64,000 bases of DNA from Anaerolineae bacterium. GTDB lineage: Bacteria > Chloroflexota > Anaerolineae > Anaerolineales > Villigracilaceae. The translations under genes were made by a program, and so were the position numbers. A model generated the notes under the pieces. The model worked only from the letters and a program-made list of their open reading frames with translations. It ran no database searches and was not told the origin of the DNA. The DNA lies in assembly GCA_041479025.1 (NCBI GenBank), contig JBGOXG010000001.1:8262-72261 (forward strand). The letters are read 5' to 3'. Positions 55,895 through 64,000 of this stretch are shown here, one piece after another (within the stretch, counting starts at the first letter, position 1; the number at the start of each line of letters is the position of its first letter).

Positions 55895-56893
55895 TTATGC
55901 TTGAGCAAAAGTATCGATCAGCAATTTAATGTTTCCACCCACGGGATAAAGAATAGGGCAAGTACACCCGTTCTTAATGTATTCTTCTACTTTTATTCTT
56001 GCCTCCCCAGGTGTTCCCGATGCCGTGATACGGGTTACAAGCTCATCTGGAACAAGGTGCTTTGCACTATTAATTTGTTCCTTCGTCGCTGGCCACCCGA
56101 GGGTGGATTGAATTTCTGAGACAATATCCGGCGAGACACCACTCGCTTTAGCGATGTGCGGTTGTTGAGCGAGGTACTGGCAAAGAAGCATCTTGGTAGT
56201 CTCAATGGCTTTATCGTGATTTTCGTCCACCGAGCACACAATCAGTTGCGGGCGATCGAGATCGTCAAATTTCCGTCCAGCTTTCTTCGCGCCGGTCTCG
56301 AGCAGTTCCAGCGCGTGGTGGTTGTAATCCGGTGGGACGCAATAATTCAGGACGACCCCATCAGCAATTTCTCCAGTCAACTCCATCATCTGGTCGCCGG
56401 TGGCGCCGATCATGATGGGAACATTTCTTGGCTCACGTCTGCCGTGGACCACGTCCAGCTCGATGCCTTCGACATGGATAAACTCTCCATGAAATGTGAC
56501 CCGTTCCATGTTGAGCAGCCGCCTCAGGATGATTACAGTCTCTTTCATTGCGGTTAGGGGTTTTTTACGGTCAATCCCAACGTTCCTAGCCAGTGGATCC
56601 CACCAAGCGCCAATGCCGCAAACAATTCGATTTGGAGCAAGATCATCCAGGGTCAGAAAAGTCGCAGCGAGCAAACCAATATTGCGAGTCCAGTTGTTGA
56701 TGACACCCGATCCTACTTTGATTTTCTCGGTGACAGCCGCATAGGCAGCCATCGGAACGATAGCATCCCGGACCAGGCGGGATTCAGCTTGCCAGACCGC
56801 TTCAAAGCCTCTGGACTCTGCATAACGAACATAATCCAGACCATCCCGCAGATCGTGTGAATCCTGAAGGTAAAGAGCGACTCTCTGGGTCAT
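55895..56893 (-). CDS. Luciferase-like (LLM class) F420-dependent oxidoreductase
   Basis: LLM/Mer-like TIM-barrel pattern ([11 protein letters not shown]..., [18 protein letters not shown]). 4-nt overlap with cofC. Confidence 0.8.
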   Translation of the reverse strand: MTQRVALYLQDSHDLRDGLDYVRYAESRGFEAVWQAESRLVRDAIVPMAAYAAVTEKIKVGSGVINNWTRNIGLLAATFLTLDDLAPNRIVCGIGAWWDPLARNVGIDRKKPLTAMKETVIILRRLLNMERVTFHGEFIHVEGIELDVVHGRREPRNVPIMIGATGDQMMELTGEIADGVVLNYCVPPDYNHHALELLETGAKKAGRKFDDLDRPQLIVCSVDENHDKAIETTKMLLCQYLAQQPHIAKASGVSPDIVSEIQSTLGWPATKEQINSAKHLVPDELVTRITASGTPGEARIKVEEYIKNGCTCPILYPVGGNIKLLIDTFAQA

Positions 56894-57513
56894 ATAGACT
56901 CCTGTCTCATCGATTGAATCTGCTCATAATAATCAAGGTCGTCTGGAAAATCCAGGTCAAGACCCAGGTTGACCCGGCGAATGATTTCCAACCGTGCACC
57001 CGCCTGCAATGCATGCATACAATGCAGGTTAAAGGAATTCGGACCATAATCGAATTTTATTAAACCTGTCGGGCACATTAACATGGCATTGGTGCCGTCG
57101 TTGTGACGGTCTGGTGCGATAGCAACGACCGGCGGCTCTCTTATTTCATCCACCAGCGCCTGTAAATCTCCCGGCGACACCAATGGTAGATCAGCCGGGA
57201 GGACAATAATTCCATGAATTTCAAATGCCTTTGCTACTGCGGTTGCTCTTGCAAGGGCAAGGTTTAGATCAATTTGGGTTTGCCCATGCTCCAGAACGGT
57301 CCGCGCGCCGAATTCACGGGCTATAGCTAGAACTTCAGGATCGCGGCTCACAACGAGTGTGCCATCTATTTTGGGCGTGTCCTTGAGCACCCCGAGTGTG
57401 CGTTCGAGCAACATGCGGCTAAGTCTCGCACGCTCTTCTCCTTCGAGCACGCTGGCAAGGCGTGATTTACCCATCAATAGCGGTTTGACCGGCACGATCG
57501 CCCAGATGGTCAT
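56890..57513 (-). CDS. cofC: 2-phospho-L-lactate / phosphoenolpyruvate guanylyltransferase
   Basis: [18 protein letters not shown], ..D....L.....D.DT..D pattern. 207 aa. 4-nt overlaps on both sides. Confidence 0.85.
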   Translation of the reverse strand: MTIWAIVPVKPLLMGKSRLASVLEGEERARLSRMLLERTLGVLKDTPKIDGTLVVSRDPEVLAIAREFGARTVLEHGQTQIDLNLALARATAVAKAFEIHGIIVLPADLPLVSPGDLQALVDEIREPPVVAIAPDRHNDGTNAMLMCPTGLIKFDYGPNSFNLHCMHALQAGARLEIIRRVNLGLDLDFPDDLDYYEQIQSMRQESI

Positions 57514-58445
57514 GCGGATCTCATTACAAAGTTTAGCACATCTGACGCAAGTCGTTGCCGGTCTTCGGTCGATTCCATAATCGTGTTGGTGACCAGGGTT
57601 TCTAAGCCCAATTCATTGATCGCAATCTCAATATTCTTATCTACGGTATCAAGAATGAAATGAGTGATAGTCCCCTGGAAATGCTCTGCGACGGTGAACG
57701 CAGAGGGTGCCTTACCCAGCTCTAAAAACATCTTTGCCGCTGGTCCCTTGATGGTATTTCCTCCGACAATAGGGGAAACTGCGACAACAAGTTTTTTGTT
57801 TTTTATTGAAGGTAGAATACCTGGCACTGCAAGTATCGGATCCAGGCTGACCCAAGGATTCGAGGGACAAAAAACGATAGCATTTGCCTCCTGGATGGCC
57901 TCCAATACTCCAGGAGCTGGACGAGCGTACTCGACTCCTGCAAACATGAAGCTTTTGACTTGCGGCTCGCAGTGTTGATGAACAAAATATTCCTGGAATG
58001 CGAGCTCACCTTGTTCTTTGGTGTTTACGATGGTTGCAACCGGATCATCAGTCATCGGCAAAATGGTGATTTTTATCCCCCATACCCTGCAAAAATCGCG
58101 CATAATCTGCGAAAGAGTGCATCCGTTCGCGAGTCGGTCAGTCCTTTCAATGTGGGTGGCTAGGTCGCGATCACCGATCCTGAACCAATCCTCTCCCTCG
58201 AGACGGGAAATTTCTGACAGCATGTTCCATGTCTCGTCGCGACGTCCCCAGCCAGTCTCGGAATTTGCCAGGCCTGCAACGGTATAACATACCGTATCCA
58301 AATCCGGACAGATTCTCAGCCCCCAATGGTCAAAATCATCTCCTGTATTGACGATGACTGTTAGATTCTCAGTAGGTAGAAGTCGAGCTAATCCATCTAC
58401 TAGTTTCGCACCGCCAACTCCGCCTGCTAGCGCAACAATATTCAT
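57510..58445 (-). CDS. cofD: 2-phospho-L-lactate transferase (Fo to F420-0)
   Basis: MNIVALAGGVGGAKL, ...NTGDDF, ...CPSNP. 311 aa. Confidence 0.9.
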   Translation of the reverse strand: MNIVALAGGVGGAKLVDGLARLLPTENLTVIVNTGDDFDHWGLRICPDLDTVCYTVAGLANSETGWGRRDETWNMLSEISRLEGEDWFRIGDRDLATHIERTDRLANGCTLSQIMRDFCRVWGIKITILPMTDDPVATIVNTKEQGELAFQEYFVHQHCEPQVKSFMFAGVEYARPAPGVLEAIQEANAIVFCPSNPWVSLDPILAVPGILPSIKNKKLVVAVSPIVGGNTIKGPAAKMFLELGKAPSAFTVAEHFQGTITHFILDTVDKNIEIAINELGLETLVTNTIMESTEDRQRLASDVLNFVMRSA

Positions 58446-58468
58446 GTAATCCTCCGTAACCCATTAAT

Positions 58469-59071
58469 CTACTCAATATATATAACTAAATCTTGAAAAT
58501 TCCTTATTTTTTTCTCATGTGGGGTTTCGTCTGGATAGCCGAGAAGCAATAAGGCCTGCGGTGCCCAAGCCTCCGGTAAGGCGATTGATGATTTCACTGC
58601 CTCGGGAGCAAAGAGCGGACCGCAAGTCCACACCCCTCCCAATCCCTCGGAATATGCGGCAAGCAGCAATTGAAGTCCAGCCATGGCAGTCGATTGAATC
58701 GCCATGGTTGTTTCGGCTTGTTGTCTCCGGCTATCTGGATATTCATCCATTTCGCTTTCGTCCAGGCACAGCACAATGGCTATGGGCGCATTGACGATGC
58801 GTTTTCTTGAACGTTCTATCCGCCTGCTTATTTCGACAACAGGTAATCCTTCTCGGGCGAGGTCGGTTCTAAATTCAGCGGCCATCATGTCGCTGAGTTT
58901 TAGCCTTACTTCCAAAGTCGTCAGGACAGCAAAACGCCAGGGCTGCCGGTCATGCGCGGAGGGAGCAAAGAATGCCGTTTCGAGTATACGATTAAGGATT
59001 GTGGGTTCGACATCCTTTGCTAGAAAATGTCTGATGCTTCGCCTCGAGCGAAGGAAGGTGTGTATATCCAC
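58469..59071 (-). CDS. Nitroreductase-fold protein resembling the FbiB C-terminal (dehydro-F420-0 reductase) domain
   Basis: RRSIRHF......I..IL..A..APSAH..QPWRF is a nitroreductase signature. Start proposed at GTG 59071, 1 nt after the PPOX stop. The ORF track ATG at 59191 would overlap the PPOX gene by 119 nt. Confidence 0.65.
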   Translation of the reverse strand: MDIHTFLRSRRSIRHFLAKDVEPTILNRILETAFFAPSAHDRQPWRFAVLTTLEVRLKLSDMMAAEFRTDLAREGLPVVEISRRIERSRKRIVNAPIAIVLCLDESEMDEYPDSRRQQAETTMAIQSTAMAGLQLLLAAYSEGLGGVWTCGPLFAPEAVKSSIALPEAWAPQALLLLGYPDETPHEKKIRNFQDLVIYIE

Positions 59072-59072
59072 A

Positions 59073-59471
59073 CTAATGCGCGTCGACTTTCTCGATAAGG
59101 ATTTTGTATTTAACTCGTTTATCTTTAGGGTTGCGCCATTGGTATTTAGGATTGCCCGTATATTTGAAGGATAACGCGTCAATATGAGCATCTGCGCCGT
59201 CGTTTGTGTATTCGATCACCTTACCTCGTATTTGCAGGTAGCGATAAGGATCGCCAGGATCTGCGATGGCAATTGCTATCGTGGGGTGCGCGCGCATGTT
59301 TTTGTCCTTCACGCGCCCCTCTGCAGAGTTGATCATGATCGATTCCCCTTCAACGTTAAACCAAACAGGCGTCACCTGGGGTGAACCGTCTTTCATTATT
59401 GTCGCAAGATAAGCAAACGCTTTCTTTTCGTCACGCAGTAAATCCTGGTGACTTTCAGGTATGGTCTTCAT
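59073..59471 (-). CDS. PPOX-class (pyridoxamine-5'-phosphate-oxidase fold) probable F420-dependent enzyme
   Basis: LATIMKDGSPQVTPVWF.......I.NSAEGRVK..N......IAIAI.D is typical of the split-barrel FDOR/PPOX class. 132 aa. Confidence 0.7.
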   Translation of the reverse strand: MKTIPESHQDLLRDEKKAFAYLATIMKDGSPQVTPVWFNVEGESIMINSAEGRVKDKNMRAHPTIAIAIADPGDPYRYLQIRGKVIEYTNDGADAHIDALSFKYTGNPKYQWRNPKDKRVKYKILIEKVDAH

Positions 59472-59534
59472 AATGCCCTCCATGAAATTAGGGATGGAAT
59501 AAGTGAATCTGATATTTTGATTTAATAATACAAA

Positions 59535-60302
59535 TTATCTAAAGAGGTCCTGGTCTTTTGGTCTGAGAAGTTCCATTAGACTCCCTTCTCGAAGCGGGAA
59601 AGGAAAGCCGCGCACGTGGACAATAGGAGTCCCTTCGGCGGCTTGCCCCATAACGAGCGATGCAGCGGCAGCGAGTTCGTCTGCTACACCGACTACCGTG
59701 ATTCTTAGGGTGTAACCAAACAAATCCTTCCAGCCACGCTCATCGATTATTCCGGGTATACCGCTGATGCCGATTGTAGTTCCCACAGTTCCTACCCGCC
59801 AAGCACGGCCATGCGAATCGATAATTAGAACACCAATACGCACACCGGATTTTGACTCAATTGCATTGCGAATCTCCTTTGCTGAATGGTCGGGATCTTC
59901 AGGGAGAAGCAATACCCATTCTTCACTGGAGGATCCTTCACCTGAAACATTCGAGTGGTCAATCCCGGCACTTGCACAGACGAATCCGAGTTTGTGTTCG
60001 ACAATAATTGTTCCTGGTCGAGTCCTTAGAATTTCGCAACTCTCCTTAAGAATTAACTCAATTAATCTGGGATCCTTTTCTGTCCTAGTTGCGAGGTCGA
60101 TAGCCTTCTGGGAAGGCGATATTGTCGCGAGATTGATGTTTCTACCCTCGGCTTTGCTGACAATTTTTTGAGTAATAACGATAATGTCGTCATTCTGTAA
60201 GCTGATTTTCGTTTTTTCCAACCCTGCCAGCACTATCTCTGCAAGATCCATGCCCGGCAGGATGTTGGGAATATCTGAAAGGGGTGTTAATGTCAGTGTC
60301 AT
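59535..60302 (-). CDS. cofE: Coenzyme F420-0:L-glutamate ligase
   Basis: GDIIVITQKIVSKAEGR, ...ASAGID.SN, ...LLP.DPD.SA. 255 aa. Confidence 0.9.
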   Translation of the reverse strand: MTLTLTPLSDIPNILPGMDLAEIVLAGLEKTKISLQNDDIIVITQKIVSKAEGRNINLATISPSQKAIDLATRTEKDPRLIELILKESCEILRTRPGTIIVEHKLGFVCASAGIDHSNVSGEGSSSEEWVLLLPEDPDHSAKEIRNAIESKSGVRIGVLIIDSHGRAWRVGTVGTTIGISGIPGIIDERGWKDLFGYTLRITVVGVADELAAAASLVMGQAAEGTPIVHVRGFPFPLREGSLMELLRPKDQDLFR

Positions 60303-60332
60303 AGTCGGGAGATTTAACCCACACTATTATTT

Positions 60333-61004
60333 CTATTTTTTTACAGCCCCGGTAATTTTTATCCCAGCGTGTGTTGAGCCATATTGTTTATTAATGTTGA
60401 TCAAAACACTCGTCAGTCCTTCAGCCACCATTGAATTTTCCAAGACACCAGCATCCCAACCGTTGAGACCAGCCGCAGAAACCAGTTCAAGCACAAGCGC
60501 CCTGGCTTCTCTGCTTGTTCCCATTACCAATACATCGCACTCTACCTCTTCGTCTTGGAGTAAATGCTCGTGGGAGATGTTCTGAAATGCCGCAACTACC
60601 TCAACCCCTTCCCCGACAATCTCCCTGGCTTCTTGAGCTGCCGAACCCGCTGGAGGCATCTGGACTCTTGTCACATTCGGTGGATTGAGGGGAACAGTCA
60701 CGTCAATTAAAATTTTTCCTTGCAGCGCGGATTTAATCGACTCCAGGGTTTCACGAAGTGCTGTATAGGGGACAGCGATAGTGACAATCTCTGCGGATTT
60801 CGCAGCAGTTAGATTGTCCTCCCCGGTGATTTGGGTGGTGCTCAGTAGATTGGTGAGTTCCTGTGCAGCGATCCTGGCTCTTTCAGTACTTCGTGATCCA
60901 ATGATCACTGGATAGCCGGCTTTCGCCCACCGATAAGCAAGCCCTTTACCTTCCTTGCCTGTGCCTCCAATCACTGCGATGGTTTTCTTCATTAAATCGG
61001 TCAT
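60333..61004 (-). CDS. npdG: NADPH-dependent F420 reductase (Fno/NpdG)
   Basis: IAVIGGTGKEGKGLAYRWAKAGYPVIIGSR is the characteristic NpdG N-terminus. 223 aa. Confidence 0.85.
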   Translation of the reverse strand: MTDLMKKTIAVIGGTGKEGKGLAYRWAKAGYPVIIGSRSTERARIAAQELTNLLSTTQITGEDNLTAAKSAEIVTIAVPYTALRETLESIKSALQGKILIDVTVPLNPPNVTRVQMPPAGSAAQEAREIVGEGVEVVAAFQNISHEHLLQDEEVECDVLVMGTSREARALVLELVSAAGLNGWDAGVLENSMVAEGLTSVLININKQYGSTHAGIKITGAVKK

Positions 61005-61035
61005 AATGTGGCTTTTTCCTTATGAGCATTGTTCT

Positions 61036-62439
61036 CTAGAATTGATCTTCGTATCTCTGCCATACTTTGGCTGATAGCGTTCTGGCTCTGTCCATAATAC
61101 GGATTTCATCCAGCGTTGTTAATTCGCCATCTCTCATTAGCACTTTGCCATTAACGATTGTTGTCCTGACCATTCCTTCACGGAATCCAAATAAAATGTG
61201 CCAGGGAAGATTCTCAGCTGTTAATTGGGTATAGGGATTGTAATCTATAAAAATTAGGTCTGCCGCCGCACCTGGTTTGATGATACCCAGCTCAACAGGA
61301 AAAAATTCATTTGCCAGAGCTGCATTATTATAGACGCCCAATTCTACAATTGTATTGCCATTCATCTTTCGAGGGTCAAGATAATTAGCCTTCTGTAAGA
61401 GATAAGCAAAATTCCATTCCTCATACATATTATTCGAAAATCCATCATTTCCAAAGCAGACTTTAATACCTGATTTGAGCAATTCTTCCACTGGCGCAAC
61501 GCCCACTCCATTATTCATATTTGAACGAGGTTGGTGTGTGACCCATGTTCCAGATTCTGCGATTTGTTTCTTCTCATTTCTCGTAGAATGGACGAAGTGA
61601 GCAACGATCGATTTCGGTCCCAGGATTCCGTGTTTTTTGAACCAACCCACGGGTGTTCCATTTCCCTCTTCCCTGGTTTTAATACCATCCCAGCGGCTCT
61701 CAGAGAGATGGGTGTGGAAACCTGTCCCGGGGGGATTTGCTGAAAAACATTCATCTAATGTCTGGTCGGTTAATGTCAGCGGGGCATGGAGGCCAAATAC
61801 AGCGGAAAGCAAAGGGGATTTCGTCTTAGCTGTTTTTTGGATAAACCGGACATTTTCTTTTATCCCTGCCTTCGCTTTTTCTTTTCCACCCCTATCTGTC
61901 ACTTCGTAACAGAGAACTGCCCTTAACCCTGATTGTTCGACAGCTTCAGCAATGACATCCAAGGAGCCTTCGATAAAGTTCGGTGAAGCATGATGGTCAA
62001 ATAAGGTAGTGGTACCGTGTTTTATGGAATCGATCAAGCAAACCAAAGCTGAATAACGGATATCCTCTTCTGTAAGTGATTGATCGAGCGGCCACCAAAG
62101 TTGCTTCAAAATATCAGGAAAGTCTGCAGGCGCAGTTCCGTGGATTGCCATTCCACGCGCAAACGCGCCATAAAAATGTGTGTGTGCGCAAATGTTCCCC
62201 GGCATTACGAGTTGTCCATGAGCGTCCATCTGTGCAGGATCAGGATGCATAGCGTATAGTTCAGCAGTGTTTCCAATTGCCGAGATCTTACCGGTTTCGT
62301 CTATATAGATGGCATGATCGGCAAGTATCCTATTTGGTCTTTCCCAGGTGACTATTGTTGCATTAGAAATTAACACATCCCGTCCTTTGATAGAATTCCC
62401 TGCGGGTTTCCGCAGGGAATTGTTATTAGCCAAAACCAT
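61036..62439 (-). CDS. ssnA: Amidohydrolase-superfamily protein (SsnA / chlorohydrolase-like)
   Basis: Metal-binding HTHFY motif, ...HLSES and FGNDG. Start uncertain (62439 or 62478); either choice overlaps the upstream gene. Confidence 0.7.
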   Translation of the reverse strand: MVLANNNSLRKPAGNSIKGRDVLISNATIVTWERPNRILADHAIYIDETGKISAIGNTAELYAMHPDPAQMDAHGQLVMPGNICAHTHFYGAFARGMAIHGTAPADFPDILKQLWWPLDQSLTEEDIRYSALVCLIDSIKHGTTTLFDHHASPNFIEGSLDVIAEAVEQSGLRAVLCYEVTDRGGKEKAKAGIKENVRFIQKTAKTKSPLLSAVFGLHAPLTLTDQTLDECFSANPPGTGFHTHLSESRWDGIKTREEGNGTPVGWFKKHGILGPKSIVAHFVHSTRNEKKQIAESGTWVTHQPRSNMNNGVGVAPVEELLKSGIKVCFGNDGFSNNMYEEWNFAYLLQKANYLDPRKMNGNTIVELGVYNNAALANEFFPVELGIIKPGAAADLIFIDYNPYTQLTAENLPWHILFGFREGMVRTTIVNGKVLMRDGELTTLDEIRIMDRARTLSAKVWQRYEDQF

Positions 62440-64000
62440 ATTGCATTGGCGAAGGGATTTTTTGCCCTCCCAATGCAAATTCCCACAAGACCAAATAGAT
62501 ACCCTCTTTCAAAGTTGAATCCTCTGTGGAAAAGAAGGTTTGGAACAGGCCGCTCATGACACTCTCATTTGGCATGTAGCGTAAGTAATTTAGGGCAGCT
62601 AGCCGTTCATCATCCTTTTCACTCTTAAGCGCGCGAAGAAGAAGGTCTGTGGTTGGAGCTCCGGGCGCTATCCCCACACCATACCGGCCTGCAAATTCGA
62701 TAAGCCATGGCGCTTCGTGAGGCGGTGGTAGTTTCTTTGGAATCCTTGGGCTGATTCGAGTGCGCGAATCAAGGATCTCTACCGCTGCATTTCGAACAAC
62801 CCACTGTTCATCTTCCAACTGGATTTTCTCGAGTATTTCTGTCGCCCATTTCTCGTCCAACCGCGCCAAGCCATAGACAACTGCCCTTCGAAGAAGAATA
62901 TCTTTTGACGTGCTGCCTTCTTGCAGCGTGGCATAGCCTTCTATTCGATTATTGGCTAAAGCTTCCGCAGCTGCCCTTCGCAAGTCCTCATCTCCGCGCA
63001 TCAGGGCATGAGCCACAGCTTCCAAACCCTGAGACGTACCTATGGTGACAAGTGCAAGGCACGCCGCGCGTCGTACGGGGGCATTGTAGTCGCCGATTAA
63101 TGTGATGATCTGGTCAACTGCTTTAACATCGCGAAGCGCTCCGCTTCCTAGAATAGCTACCATCCGTAAGTCTTTATCTGATAATTGCATTAGCTGACGG
63201 AAAAGTAAAGGTCCCGCTGGGTCTTCGCACAAAACAATAGCGGCGATAGCTTGCATCCGCAGAGTCAATGGTTTCTCGCTCTTTATTAATTGGACTAGGG
63301 CGGTCATCACTTTTACACGCCACCCGGCTTGTCGGGGAGCGTCGCGTAACAATCGTCCAGTCGCTAGAACATTTCGTTCAAGCATTTCGTCGGAGGCTGC
63401 CAGTAGATCGTCTACCAGGTTGGTGGCATCGCCTTTTGCGGCGAATGAGTTCATTGCAAGAGTTCGGCCACTCCACGGTTCCTGATTAAGAATGACACCC
63501 GCTGAGACAGCATTCATTACTTCGCCTGCGAGGACTCCTCCAAAAACAACATGGACGAATCTCATCTTTCCATTTCGGCGAGTCTCAATCAGACCGCTAT
63601 CTACCAGTTTGGAGAGCAGACTAGCTTTTGGCGCGACAGTTTTTCCCCCGCTCCTCTTCTTTGTTTTCTTCTGAGGATTCTTATTGGTACTTTCCGGAAT
63701 ACCTGAATTTGCTTCAGGATCAACGGCAGGATCGCCCGTGAAATTTTCAGCCTCAGGTAATTCTGACGGGGAGGCTACTACTTCCTCAGCGGGTTCGAAT
63801 GATCTTATCCATTCTTTTGCCCGACGATTTTCGAATATCGCAGCTGCATTGGCGATAACTTGATAGCCTAAAACACCAAGCGCTTCAAGCGGTATTCCTG
63901 CTGGCATCATCCGTCGTATATGCGTTTCTATGAAATCCAGAGGGCGAGCACCTCGAATATCGCCCGCATACGCCCCCCATGTTTTCAGTGTAAATTCGAG
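62426..64000 (-). CDS. HEAT/PBS-lyase-repeat protein, 5'-truncated by the window edge
   Basis: Repeated ..VRRAA..AL..IG.. helical units (e.g. APVRRAACLALVTIG, EDLRRAAAEALANN, ILLRRAVVYGLARL, WVVRNAAVEILD). My translation shows the frame stays open from 63910 to 64000. Confidence 0.6.
   Translation of the reverse strand, partial: LEFTLKTWGAYAGDIRGARPLDFIETHIRRMMPAGIPLEALGVLGYQVIANAAAIFENRRAKEWIRSFEPAEEVVASPSELPEAENFTGDPAVDPEANSGIPESTNKNPQKKTKKRSGGKTVAPKASLLSKLVDSGLIETRRNGKMRFVHVVFGGVLAGEVMNAVSAGVILNQEPWSGRTLAMNSFAAKGDATNLVDDLLAASDEMLERNVLATGRLLRDAPRQAGWRVKVMTALVQLIKSEKPLTLRMQAIAAIVLCEDPAGPLLFRQLMQLSDKDLRMVAILGSGALRDVKAVDQIITLIGDYNAPVRRAACLALVTIGTSQGLEAVAHALMRGDEDLRRAAAEALANNRIEGYATLQEGSTSKDILLRRAVVYGLARLDEKWATEILEKIQLEDEQWVVRNAAVEILDSRTRISPRIPKKLPPPHEAPWLIEFAGRYGVGIAPGAPTTDLLLRALKSEKDDERLAALNYLRYMPNESVMSGLFQTFFSTEDSTLKEGIYLVLWEFALGGQKIPSPMQYGFG

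Noticed and set aside
58469-59191. A 119-nt overlap between the nitroreductase-fold ORF (ATG 59191) and the PPOX-class gene.
   Set aside because: A GTG at 59071, 1 nt after the PPOX stop, gives a ~200-aa product of typical nitroreductase-domain size and removes the overlap. The overlapping N-terminal 40 aa have no family features.
1-64000. CRISPR arrays, insertion sequences, integrases, prophage or plasmid modules.
   Set aside because: No transposase, integrase or recombinase-like ORF is present. There are no regularly spaced direct repeats, and no non-coding stretch exceeds about 440 nt. The only notable repeats are terminator hairpins and the intragenic cytochrome duplication.
1-64000. Selenocysteine/recoding events or pseudogenes (split ORFs) in the redox enzymes.
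   Set aside because: All family-length expectations are met by uninterrupted ORFs. No adjacent same-frame or shifted-frame ORF pairs suggest an in-frame TGA or a frameshift.

Overview
Gene-dense chromosomal segment with about 55 protein genes, one tRNA, and intergenic gaps mostly under 150 nt. GC is roughly 45-53% by my spot counts. I saw no transposase, integrase, phage module, CRISPR array or rRNA. The gene content suggests a free-living, probably monoderm bacterium, possibly Chloroflexota/Anaerolineae-like, but I cannot verify this from sequence alone. That content includes GatCAB, F420 biosynthesis (cofC/cofD/cofE plus F420-dependent enzymes), a tungsten-type aldehyde:ferredoxin oxidoreductase, GT-C membrane glycosyltransferases and a lipoprotein multihaem cytochrome. 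Housekeeping blocks are gatC-gatA, dppA, a polyamine-type ABC transporter, gatB, comEA, two acyl-CoA dehydrogenases, plsX-fabF, dinG, tRNA-Leu(GAG), an amino-acid ABC transporter, nnr, a GH3 beta-glucosidase and trkA genes. Five loci deserve a second look. (1) A stand-alone decahaem lipoprotein cytochrome (19425..21695) is built from a tandem duplication still visible at nucleotide level, and its GC/codon usage is clearly different from its neighbours. (2) A terminator-bounded 8-gene, 11-kb operon (34238..45181) has a CcrM-type orphan DNA methyltransferase wedged between the FAD subunit and the fused FeS/Moco subunit of a xanthine-dehydrogenase-family enzyme. All four Cys ligands of that enzyme's N-terminal [2Fe-2S] site are replaced (D/S/D/S). 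The operon continues with a CBS-pyrophosphatase, a cyclase-STAND ATPase, XdhC, a double-zinc-ribbon protein and an SPFH protein with a C-terminal excisionase-type HTH. (3) A 5-gene cation operon (48530..55756) encodes an unknown soluble protein, an APC-type permease, a P-type ATPase with a DKSGT phosphorylation motif, and two half-size TrkA/RCK proteins, with no TrkH/KtrB partner. (4) An F420 supercluster (55895..61004) has a split FbiB. (5) The DinG helicase carries both the DnaQ-type exonuclease and a four-Cys FeS motif. All functional calls come from my reading of the translated ORFs and motifs; no database search was run.
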